Shown here: positions 53,130 to 64,000 of the stretch, one piece after another
Numbering within the stretch: position 1 is the first letter of the stretch
How the letters are laid out: every line of letters begins with the position of its first letter
Source of the DNA: Flaccisagitta enflata
Taxonomy: Eukaryota
Direction: 5' to 3'
DNA length: 64,000 nucleotides
Assembly: GCA_965153355.1 (NCBI GenBank)
Contig: OZ231126.1
Location: forward strand, 35,712,001-35,776,000
The notes under the pieces: generated by a model
Seen by the model: the letters and a program-made list of their open reading frames with translations, nothing else
Told to the model about the DNA's origin: nothing
Databases searched by the model: none
Program-made: the position numbers and the translations under genes

Positions 53130-55310
53130 CATAGGATGAGGAAATAATAGAGAAATAATAGCTATATTCATGTTGAGAAAGACAAGGGAAGAACTGAAGA
53201 ACATTACTAATATTCATTAAGGGAGAGAGAAGGGAAGATCAGAGAAACAAAAGCCATACTGATAAAGTGAAAAACAAGGGAAGAACTGAAAAACATTACC
53301 CATATTTATATAGGAAAAGACAAGGGAAGGACAGAGAAACAAAAGCCATATTGATATAGGGAAAGACAAAGAGGAACTGAAAAATACACACATATTCATA
53401 TAAGGAAAAACAAGGGAAGAACAGAGAAAAAATGCCATATTGATATAGGGTAAGACAAAAAAAAACTGAAAAACATTACCCATATTCATACAGGGAAAGA
53501 CAAGGGATGAACAGAGAAACAAAAGCCATAATGAAATAGAAAAGACAAGGGAAGAGTTGAAAAACATTACCCTTATTCATATAGGAAAAGACAAGGGTAG
53601 AACAAAAAAACAAAAGTCATATTGATGTAGGGGAAGACAAGGGAAGAACTGAAAAACATTACCCATATTCATACAGGGAAAGACAAGGGAAGAACAAAGA
53701 AACAAAAGCCATATTGATGTAGGGGATGACAAGGGAAGAACAGAGAAATAAAAGCCATATTGATGTAGGGGAAGACAAGAGAAGAACTGAAAAACATTAC
53801 ACATATTTACAGGGATGTATAAAGTTCTATGATCTTTGATTAGTTTCCCCCCCCTGCCTTTGATTTTCTTCCCCGCGACGCGTCGTGTCGCGTTACAAAA
53901 TCTATGATTTTCTTCCCCATATAGCAGTAAAACAGTGTTTTTAAGGTTTAAATAGTGTTAAATTGTGTTGTACTAATCATTTTTTATAATTTAGTACTGC
54001 CAAAAGTTTTATTTTCCCCAAATTTTCTTTTTTTCTCTTTTTTCCCCCTTGAATTTTTTCCCCCATCTCCAAATGTAGAACAATATACAGGCCTGCATAT
54101 TTATACAGGGAAAGACAAGGGAAGAACAAAGAAACAAAAGCCATATTGATGTAGGGGAAGACAAAGGAAGAACAGAGAAACAAAAGCCATATTCATATAG
54201 GGAATGACAAGGGAAGAACTGAAAAACATTACCCATATTCATTCAGGGAAAGACAAGGGAAGGATAGAGAAACAAAAGCCATATTGATAAAGGGGAAGAT
54301 AAGGGAAGATTTGAAAAACATTATCCATATTCATATAAGGAAAGACAACGGATGAACAGAGAAACAAAAGTCATATTGATGTAGGGGAAAAGAAGGGAAA
54401 AACTGAAAAATATTACCCATATTCATATAGGAAAAGACAAGGGAAAAACAGAGAAACAAAAGCCATATTGATGTAGGGGAAAAAAAGGGAAGAACTGAAA
54501 AATATTACCCTTATTCATACAGGGAAAGACAAAGGAAGAACTGAAAAACATTACCCATATTCATACGTGGAAAGACAAGGGAAAGATAGAGAAACAAAAG
54601 CCACATTGAAATAGGGGAAGATATGGGAAGAATTGAAAAAACATTACCTATATTCATATAGGGAAAGACAAGGGAAGTTTAGAGAAACAAAAACCATATT
54701 GATGTAGGGGAAGACAAAGGATGAACTGAAAAATATTACCCATATTCATACAACAAAAGACAGGGAAAGAACTGAAAAACACCCATATTCATACAGGGAA
54801 AGACAAGGGAAGAACAGAGAAACAAAAGCCATATTGATATAGGGAAAGACAAGGAAAGAACTGAAAAACATTCCCCATATTCAAATAGGAAAAGACAAGG
54901 GAAGAACTGAAAAACATTACCCATATTCATACAGGGAAAGACAAAGGAAAGATAGAGAAACAAAAGCCATATTGATATAGGGGAAGATAAGGGAAGAATT
55001 GAAAAACATTACCCATATTCATATAGGGAAAGACAAGCGAAGAACAGAGAAACAAAAGTCATATTGATGTAGGGGAAGACAAGGGAAAAACCCAAAAACA
55101 TCACCCATATTTGTAAAGGGAACAACGAGGGAAGAAAAGAGAAACAAGAGCTATATTGATATAGGGAAAGGCAAGGGAAGAATTGAAAAACATTACCCAT
55201 ATTTATATAGGGAAAGACAAGGGAAGGACAGAGAAACAAAAGCCATGTTCTTATAGGAATAGACAAGGGAAGGACAAGGGAAGGACAAGGGAAAGACAGC
55301 GAAAAACAAA
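53130..55310. repeat. Dimeric ~45+46-bp satellite
   Basis: Alternating GGGAAGACAAGGGAAGAACTGAAAAACATTACCCATATTCATA and GGGAAAGACAAGGGAAGAACAGAGAAACAAAAGCCATATTGAT monomers. Confidence 0.9.
53810..54095. mobile_element. hAT-type MITE with 8-bp TSD CATATTTA inserted in a satellite
   Basis: Imperfect TIRs CAGGGATGTATAAAGTTCTA / TAGAACAATATACAGGCCTG; TSD at 53802-53809 and 54096-54103; the satellite resumes in register. Confidence 0.85.
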
Positions 55311-55510
55311 ACCCTACTTTTAAAGAGAGTGGAGAGTGGAAGGAAAAAAAAGGAAAAAAAAGGGAAAAAAAAAACAGAAAAACATTTTGTGGAGTTATAG
55401 TGAATTGCTTAACGCAATTCACAATGATCCGGTTTTAACCGGAATCTTTGGGACTTGAGTGTACATTCACAAATGAAGAAGAGTAAGGCTACCTTAGCTA
55501 AGTGTGCAAA

Positions 55511-55588
<78 letters not shown>

Positions 55589-55980
55589 CAAACGGACAAG
55601 GACCGACAGACCTGTACAGAAAGGGGTCGATAAACGCAGGAATAGATATATTGGTAGTCTTGACAGAGACGAATAAAGAGGGGCAAATCAGGGCAGAAAG
55701 TAGACAAAAAGTTGTCCTAGGGAGTACAGCCCCCAGAGCATGACGCTAGTTGACCTGAAATGATCGGCACCATCGATTTCATGACCCTGATGGTGCATAT
55801 CTAAGAACAAGGCCAAGTAGGCCAATAGGTGCGACGGTGTGGATCGTCGAACGAATGCGTAACCAACCGACCGACCGACGGACACAGCCAGTTATAGAGG
55901 TGCTTTGTCGCACCTAAAAATGAAGACTTTTTAGGGGCGCTTTTCAAGATATCTAAAAAAATAGTACTTTTTTACTACCT

Positions 55981-56526
55981 TTTTGGGCAGCGGCCCCAAA
56001 GGGCCGATGTCCTGTAGAACACAGGGGGAATTTCCATACGTCCGTCCGTCCGTCCGTCCTTCCGTCCGTCCCCCCTGTTGGCCTCACATTCGCTCTCCCA
56101 GCCCTCAAATTTGCCCTCCCAGCCCTCAATTCAGCCCTCCAGGCCTCAAATCAGCTTTCCAGGCTTCAAATCAGCCCCCCCCCACCTCAAATCTGTCCTC
56201 CAGACCTCAAATCTGCCTTCCAGACCTTCAATTAGCCCTCCAAGCATAAAATCAGCCCTCCATGGCTTAAATTTGCCCTTCAAACCTCAAATCGGCTCTC
56301 CAAGCCTTGATTCTGCCCTCCAGATTTCAAATATGCCTTCAGTGGTCTAAATCAGTCATCTAAGGCCTGAAATATGCCCCCTTAGGACGTATGGAAATTC
56401 CCCCCTGTGTTCTACAGGACATCGGCCCTTTGGGGCCGCTGCCCTGCTCTCACTCCACTTTTTCACTGGATCACTCCCAGCAGGGCATCGGGTACCGCTG
56501 ACCATGTGCGATCCTTGGATGACTAG
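55981..56526 (-). mobile_element. Inverted-repeat element family with an internal ~21-bp minisatellite; other copies at about 41000-41412, 47990-48422, 48445-48610, 50640-51745
   Basis: About 50-60-bp inverted repeats GGGCAGCGGCCCC.AAGGG...TCCTGTAGAACACAGGGG around degenerate GAGGCC-rich repeats and a GTCC microsatellite, with a shared head TGGTCAGCGGTACCCG..GCCCTG. Confidence 0.7.
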
Positions 56527-57058
56527 TTTACAATAACTCTTTGTGATTAGTTTTTAGTCGCGTGCTACGCGACTCTACACCCCGCTTTGTCGGTCCGTCC
56601 GTCCGTCCGTCACAATTTACTTTTTTTTTGGTTTTTGAGATCTTTGACCGTCCGTCCGTCCGTCACAATTTACTTTTTTTTTGGTTTTTGAGATCTTTGA
56701 CCTCACTGCTCCTGCCCAAATGATGAGGTGACCTCAAATATGGCCCCTGCCCACCCGCACGCGACTGGGGTAGCCGTGTATCCGTCCTTGTTTCAATAAT
56801 TGTAAGTGCAGATTTTATCTCAGATTATAGTTTCCGGTTTGTTTGATATGTCACACTATATATTTTTGCACAAGAAATGAAAGCTTATTTTTAGGTCATA
56901 TTACTGTATAAAACAGTGATAAAATAGCAAAATCAACTTTTTATTTCTTTTGCTAAAGTATATTATGTGACATATCAAACAAACCGGAAACCACTATCTG
57001 AGATCAAATCTGCATACAAAATTAGTGAATAACTCAATCACAAAAAGTTACGATAAAT
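56527..57058. mobile_element. Fold-back element with a short Helentron-like element (about 56552-56792) inserted in its left arm
   Basis: TGCAGATTTTATCTCAGAT...TTTCCGGTTTGTTTGATATGTCACA mirrored by TGTGACATATCAAACAAACCGGAAA...ATCTGAGATCAAATCTGCA. Confidence 0.75.
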
Positions 57059-58600
57059 AACATCTGGCTACTATTTAACGTCACAACTTTGAGGTAGGTT
57101 AACAAAAATTACTTTTATTCACCAAGAATATATACAAATGCCAAGAATTATTAACTAAATGTATATTTCACTAAAATGTTTTGTAAAATGACTAGAAAAA
57201 TTGAATGGGGTTGTGAAATATTTCAATACAAAACAATTGTTCCCACATCAAAATCAACAAAAGTTGAGTATGGTCGGTTATAGAGGGTGATGATAATTCC
57301 TTTTTTGCGCCTTCTAATCCCGTCTATTTTCCCTCTTGATGTCTCGGAAGATGTTTGCTTAAGATACATTTAATCTTTCCCCAACCAGCGTCCAATTTTA
57401 ATCAGCGCAAAATGCGCCATTGTGTAAGGTATCCCTTTTTCGGAGAAACTTCAATAATAATTGACGATTTTTTGCCTACGCGTTTCATGATTGATGCTTT
57501 TCAGAGCGGTGATACGCATCCAAGTTGTCCAAACGTCCGTTTTACATGCAAGTACCACTAACTAGCTAACTTGAGTCCAAATTTGATGCAGCTGAGTGCA
57601 AATCTTCTATGCTTTAAGGGCTTTCAAAGGTGTGACGTTAAATAGTAGCCAGATGTTAATGTAACAAAATAGTACTATTTTTTTAAGTATCTTAAAAAGC
57701 GCCCCAAAACAGATTTCATTTTTAGATGCGTCCGTCAGGAACGCATCTCTATAAGATGGTCTGTCCGTCCGTCGGTCCGTCGGTCCGTCCATCCGTCCGT
57801 CCGTCGGTCCGTCCGTCGATCCGTCCGTCCGTAACGCCTGAGCAAAAACTGCGTTTCTCGGCTGTTTTTGGCCACGGTGAGATCCGACACTGAAAAAAAT
57901 GATCAACCAACATGTTTTGAGAGTCTTTTCACCCGTCTGTTTGTCCATCTGTCTCTCCAATATGTCACATGATCAATACACGCTGAGACACAGCCCGGAC
58001 GCATCGTTGCCCGGTCGGGCTTGTTCGTCGGTATGTGTCATATGCCCCGTCCTGGACCAACCAAGTTGGTGCCGATCATTTCAGGTCAACTAGCGTCACG
58101 CTCTGGGCGGCTGTGGGAGTGAAGTGGTGATCGTGATTTTTGGAAAATCAAGGCCGGATACTCGGCTTTCTAGTCGCGGGAGCTTGGGCAAGGGCAGAAC
58201 AGTTTTCCAATAATCACGCGCAAACGCAAAATGATAACCATACGGACCATGGGACACACGGACAGACAGACCCACCGAATTAAACAATAAGGTCGCATGT
58301 CTGCGCTAAAAAAGGGTCGACGAAAAACAGCATTTGAAATTTTCAAATGCCAAACATTTGTCAAATTAACAATCATAAAAAAAGAAACAAAGACATGTTT
58401 GGGGACGAGCTTTTGGCGTTAAAGTTGAGGCGGGTACACGATTTATGATGTGAAAACTACTAAGCAAAGCCATTGGGGTTGATGGTAATTATTAATATGC
58501 TATTGCTAAACAATAAGAGCAAAACTGAGAAAGTGATATTGTTTCATTTGAAATTGGATTTTCTCAAAGTGTTTCACAATCCTTTACTTATTTATATATA

Positions 58601-59185
58601 CCATCTCGGCCATAAATATAAGAAAAGCTTTAAAGTGTCATAACTTGCTTGATTTTAATTGCAGAGAGGTGCCTTTTTTTCAAAACTTGCATCTTTGAAA
58701 AATCTATTAAATGAGACCAAGCTGGTTCCTGTATCTTTATTCGTTTAAAAATGAGATCCAAATGAATAAAACATTTGCTTTTTGCAAGTGTGGCTGGGCA
58801 AATCTTTCTTAGTTTATGGAGAATGGTGCACTGGCACACTGCGCCAAATATACTGTAAGATCGACGAGTTAGTTCGTCTAGGGTTTGCCCACATCAATTT
58901 GGATCTCATTCCAATTGAGAACTCAAAGATTCAAACAAAAAACCTACAGAAACAGGGGAAAACATCATGCAAAGCAGGGCTGAAATGAATCGCATAGATT
59001 GTTTGAAACAACATCACTCCAGAGTACTTCCAGTCTTTCTACGAGTCAATGCCAAAGTGAATGCAGGCGGTGGTCGATGCCAAACATGGTCATACTAAAT
59101 ATTAGACGCAGATATGTTTGCTGCTCACTTCCAGTCGATAAATCAACTTGTACACCAACTGTTGATATATTTATGGCCAAGATGG
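58601..59185 (+). mobile_element. Internally deleted, decayed Tc1-like transposon, 585 bp
   Basis: TIRs CCATCTCGGCCATAAATATA / TATATTTATGGCCAAGATGG flanked by TA. Remnants DLIPIEN and ITPEYFQSFYESMPK*MQAVVDAKHGHTKY-stop. Confidence 0.85.
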
Positions 59186-59665
59186 TAAGCTTACATTTAA
59201 ATGCTTGAACATGGTGCATGAAACTTGGTGATATAATGTTTAGAAAAAAAGAAATAGGTATTTTTCGGTTGTCTCCTGAGGTTTACTATGTGATATATTG
59301 TTAAAACATCATCAATCCATGATTTTGATTTTTATGCGAATTATTCAACTACATAAATATAAAGCTAATTTGTTAAGCGGCGAGGAATTTTTTCAACCTT
59401 CTTTCAGAAGTGCGTTGATAGCTGATGCTAAAAAAAGGTTAATTTATCATCTTGTTGACCTTGTCGTTAAATTCGTGTTTGTTAAGTGGTCATCAATTGT
59501 CATTACCGTGAATTAGTCTCGTTTATTTTGAGACCTGCGCGTGTCTGCACTAGACTTGGTAGTCGAAAAGTGAATTTAAAATGTAATTCCCTGCTGAAAT
59601 TATTTCGCAAACGTGAGCGAATTTTTCTTAAAGTTCAATGTCAAATCTTTTGGCACATTTGAAAC

Positions 59666-59759
<94 letters not shown>

Positions 59760-61894
59760 CACACACAATATCTAAAAGAAAACAAAAATGCCATTCGAGT
59801 TCATTCTGATCAGATCAATATTGAGAAAATAAATATACGCCGCATGGCAGAGATGTAGGAAACATTTGAAATAAGGACATTTAGACGAAAGCGGCGATGC
59901 CAAAAAAGCGAAAATTGACCAACGTGACGAACGGACCGACGAACGGACCAAAAAGTGGCCCAAAGGGTCGCGTAGCAGGCTTCCTAAAGAGCTAATCACT
60001 AGCTCAGAAAAGGTAGGTCTTTATTCATTTCTCATCGAATGCGACTTTCGTCACTTATCGGGATTGCTTTGGAACCGGCATCTGTCTAAACTCGTCGCTG
60101 GACGACGCCTCTTTCGCCTTTTTACGCCTCGTTTCCAACCGTTGGCCAAATTTTTCCATTCCGTCTCAGAATTCTTGGCCTTTTATCGATCTTTCACTTT
60201 TCCTGTTCGATTTATTCATCATCGGAACATCTAATTTGCTCTTTTGCACGAAGAGACGAATCTGCTTGTGTCAAAGCTGGAAACTGTGGAAGTGCGTGAC
60301 ATTTTCGTCAATTTTATCCGTTTTCATTTTGCTGCTTACTCACAATCTATATATAGTCTTTCGTATCACCGTATTCGATTTTTGTGCCGTGCAAAGCGAT
60401 TCTACGAGATGTTGTGTCCGTCCGTCCACAGATAGAGCTCTTTAGGTGACGCGTAATTGGCGAAATCTGCCAAAAAGTGTATTTTCGAGCATAACTGACC
60501 CCCTTCCTAACCATTCACAGCCTCGTTTGTTTACATTTTTTTGCTGGGACGTTATTCAGAATTTCCACCTGCCTAGCCTGACAAAAGTAGATACTGAATA
60601 GTTGATAGTGAATAGTGAATACTGGATAGTAAATTTTCTACATATAAGAGAATAATGATTTTCTTAGCTCCCACATTTTAACAACCCTGTTAAAATGTGG
60701 ATCAATGTGCTAAGCTTTTCGAACGAGTCCCATCTAGAATCCGAGTCTTCCATCGATCGTCACATCGATGCCAATTTCTTGTTACTTTTTCTTTTCTAGT
60801 CGCACTTTGTGCCGACTTGTTCCATCGGTCTCGTTTAAAGGACATCAAAATCGTAAAAAAAAGATCATGTCAAAGAATTTGTTTACTTTTCAAAAAGTTT
60901 TTTTTAAACGTATTCTGTCACATTCGAAGTGTTTTTTGCGATAAGGAACTAGGCGTGCCATATTTTGATAGTGATTTCCCTTTTTTCAACTGTTTGGTCC
61001 GTTGAAGTGCGACCTCGCATCTAACTAATAGAGGTTGTGAGAAACTCGCTCTGAAATATTTTGAATTTAGATGTCAAATGATTGATATTTCACGAAAAAT
61101 TCTGTTTTTCAAGCATGGAAAAAGCAAAGATTTCATGAAAATACAACAGATAGCGAAAGGCTCAATAAAATACCAGATTGATTTGTGTGGCCTTGTAAAA
61201 ATATCGGCCGTAATGTCAATGTCACCATTAAGGTCGGTTGTGAAAATAATTACAAGCAGCGGTATAAAAGTACATTCTAGCCCCGCTATAACGGATGCAA
61301 GAGTAACGGAAACTGATGCAAAATTTAGTCCTCTCAAGTTCTTTAAATTTAATTTCTACATTGGCAATATTACAAATCTGCCTATAATGGATAAGATTTA
61401 TTGATCCCTTATTGCGGGGTACAACTGTGTGTTACTATCTGCGCAATTTCGCTTCTCCTGATAGTGCAATTGTGGTTCGATTCCTGGTAATCACGCGATA
61501 GAAGTTTCTAGGCATCATTTTTAAAAAATCAATTCCTCGGCCTTGGCTCTATCTTATGCAAATAGTGCTGTCCTAGATTCTTAATCTTCACAGTCTTGTT
61601 AACAAATTCTACCGAGACACGGATCCTACTTCTTAAATTCGTTTAGTTCCAGTGGAAGAGGTACTTATTTTCATTACAGTGTACTGTGTAAACCCAGATC
61701 GGAATTGGTCCTCAAAGAAATTCGCCCAAAAAGGGGAGATTTAAAGTCATCAAAAAACTCGTTGCTGGTGCCAAATAAAAACTCAGGATTTGGAGTTGAG
61801 CAAGGAATATTCTAGACTCATTCAGCAACATCGATTTTTGACAATCAGCAAAATTTACTGGACTTGAATTCATCCATAATCTCGGATAAACATT

Positions 61895-61968
<74 letters not shown>

Positions 61969-62026
61969 CTACAACAACAACAACAAAAACAGAATATAAT
62001 TCAATTGGAACTCTCATTGACGTACA

Positions 62027-63088
62027 ATGTCGACCCGAGTGGAGGCAAAGATGTCTCACGAAAAGATGATGCGTGTGAGGGAAAGCGTTACTGTAAATGG
62101 CATCGATGAAATGAAAAGCAAGGACGGTGCGCTTGTTATCAACAAGAAAGACGGCGCCCCAGAAATGAACGGCACCGGCAAAAACGCCGTTAAAATCGGC
62201 AGCAAAAGAGAAGAAGCGAAAGGAGAAGGACCCCAACCCAAAATAAGAAAATGCGAAAAAAGGTGTGGTCACGGACTCATGATCAAGCGTTCAAATCACA
62301 CTTCCCTTTAAGACCCCTTTTTTAGTCGCTTTTGTCGGTCCGTTCGTCGGTCCGTCCTTCGGTCCGTCCGTCGGTCCGTCCGTCAAACTTTACTTTTTTG
62401 GGTTTTGCGGTCTTTGGCCTCACTGCTCCAGCCCAAATTATCAAGTGACCTCAAATACAGCCCCTGCCCAACCGCACGCGACTGGGGTAGCCGTGTATCC
62501 GGCCTTTTTTTAGACATCTTGGTAGGAAAATAGTGAAATACAAAGTCAATAAGAAATAGCGAAGAAAAGGAAAACAAGCAAAGAAGAGAAACCAACAAGG
62601 CCGGATACATGGCTACCCTAGTCGCGTGCGGGTGGGCAGGGGCAGTATTTGAGTTTCTAGAGCAGTGAAGCCAAAGAGCACAGATATAAAAAAAATAAAA
62701 TGGGGACCGACCAACCGACCGACCGACGGACGGACAAAGCGGGAAGTAGAGTCGCGTAGCACGCGACAAAAAAGCATTTTCTCACCTTGTTTTTCCCACA
62801 GTTGGTCAGTGAGGGTATCCGATTTGGCCAAAAACACTCTGAATCCCATTCGGAAACTTGTCGATCAAATGAAACTCACACCAAATCCGGAGAAAAAAAT
62901 GATCGCTTTATCTATTGGTGAGTGGGTATTTGCAGCCGTCAGGTTATGGGTTACAGTGTCAGTGACAGTGAATGACATTTTGATCAACCTTTTATTGTTC
63001 AATCTGTCGTTTTTTAAATTTCTGTGTGCCGGTCTCTCTGTCTGTCTTTGTATGTTTCTCTGTCTTTCTCTGTCTGTCTGTCTGTCTA

Positions 63089-63174
<86 letters not shown>

Positions 63175-63349
63175 AGGTGACCCTACTGTGTTTGGTAACA
63201 TGAATCCTCCTTCTGAGGCCAAGGAGGCGGTGATTTCCGTTATTCGTGGCACGAAGCAGCACGGGTACGCGCCATCACATGGATATGAAACCAGCAGACA
63301 GGCCATTGCAGACCTGTACTCTCATATGGAAGCGCCGCTCACGGCTAAG
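62027..63349 (+). CDS. TAT: Tyrosine aminotransferase, first three coding exons (continues beyond the window)
   Basis: Exons 62027-62262, 62802-62917, 63177-63349 give [47 protein letters not shown]...[29 protein letters not shown], the conserved TAT N-terminal region. Exon 1 is a low-conservation leader but joins in phase. Confidence 0.93.
62318..62772. mobile_element. Two oppositely oriented HINE-like elements in TAT intron 1; family also at about 13695-13860, 15690-15870, 31935-32190, 35215-35440, 37555-37692, 50507-50620, 51745-51858, 57718-58025, 58148-58312
   Basis: Recurring ends AACAAGGCCGGATACACGGC (hairpin) and AGAGTCGCGT...ACGCGACTAAAAA, an internal GTCC/GTCG microsatellite, and T-rich insertion sites without TSD. 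Confidence 0.7.
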
Positions 63350-63379
63350 GTACAGTGATGCACTGTTCTCAGTGTTGTT

Positions 63380-64000
63380 TGAATGAATGAATGAATGAAT
63401 TTATTTTACGATATAAAAGCACAACGAATTAAGCGAAGCTCTTTTAAGATCGATGGATAGCCCATAAAGTCACAAGACTTATTTCCAATGGGGTCCATTA
63501 ATAAAAAAAAATGTAAAAATAAGGCGTTAACAATTGTAAGAATAAAAGCTTCAAAACATTAAAGAACAAAAAAAAAAAAATCAAAACCATAACAATCGTA
63601 AGAGTAAAAACATGAGACGTAAGGCGAAAGACTAATAGCCGTAGGTGTAAAAACAAGCCTTTTATCAGGTGTAGACTAGTAGGAAGACAAGATCTGTTGC
63701 TTGAGCCTTTTTTTGAAACAAGTAAGAGATTCAAGTGATTTCAGTGACTCGGGAAGACAGTTCCAATGTTTGATGGCAGAAAAGGCAAAAGATTTTGAGG
63801 AATTAGAAAGTTCCTTCGAAACGAAATAGTTGAGGGAACTGTGACGAGTATTGTGGGCATGAGTCTGGCTAATTGGTTTAAAATCAATTGACAAGTAATC
63901 AGGCGCACTACCCAATCTGATTTTAAATACATGTACCAGTTTAAAATATCTAACGCGATCGCTAATAGACATCCAAGAAAGACTTTTCAGATCGGCCGCG
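63380..64000 (-). mobile_element. 3' end of a non-LTR retrotransposon (L2/Crack/CR1 group) in TAT intron 3
   Basis: ORF 63972-63676 with APDYL...HAHNTR...SFAFSAIKHWNCLPESLK...FKKRLK, typical of an ORF2 C-terminus, then a 3' UTR ending AATAAA plus an (ATTC)n tail. Confidence 0.85.

Overview
Repeat-rich eukaryotic genomic DNA, most likely an invertebrate animal (spliceosomal GT-AG introns, TTAGGG-type repeats); the species cannot be determined from the sequence. The main feature is a tight run of five co-oriented minus-strand genes (33000 to 11158), read by hand through their splice sites: LEKR1-like, IFT25/HSPB11, ARL2BP/BART, a centrin-like EF-hand protein and an LRRC27-like protein. Most are cilium or centrosome associated. 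Stop-to-start gaps are only 560, 389, 816 and 980 bp (about 393 bp without one Tc1 insertion), and an RFX X-box-like motif lies upstream of the first gene. This is a candidate ciliary operon or co-regulated cluster. The first three coding exons of tyrosine aminotransferase lie on the plus strand at the right end. The rest is minisatellites and satellites, an interstitial telomere-like block, Tc1/mariner and hAT-type MITEs with visible TIRs and TSDs, many Helentron/DINE-1-like short elements, a LINE 3' end and long microsatellites. All gene identities come from recalled family motifs, not database searches.
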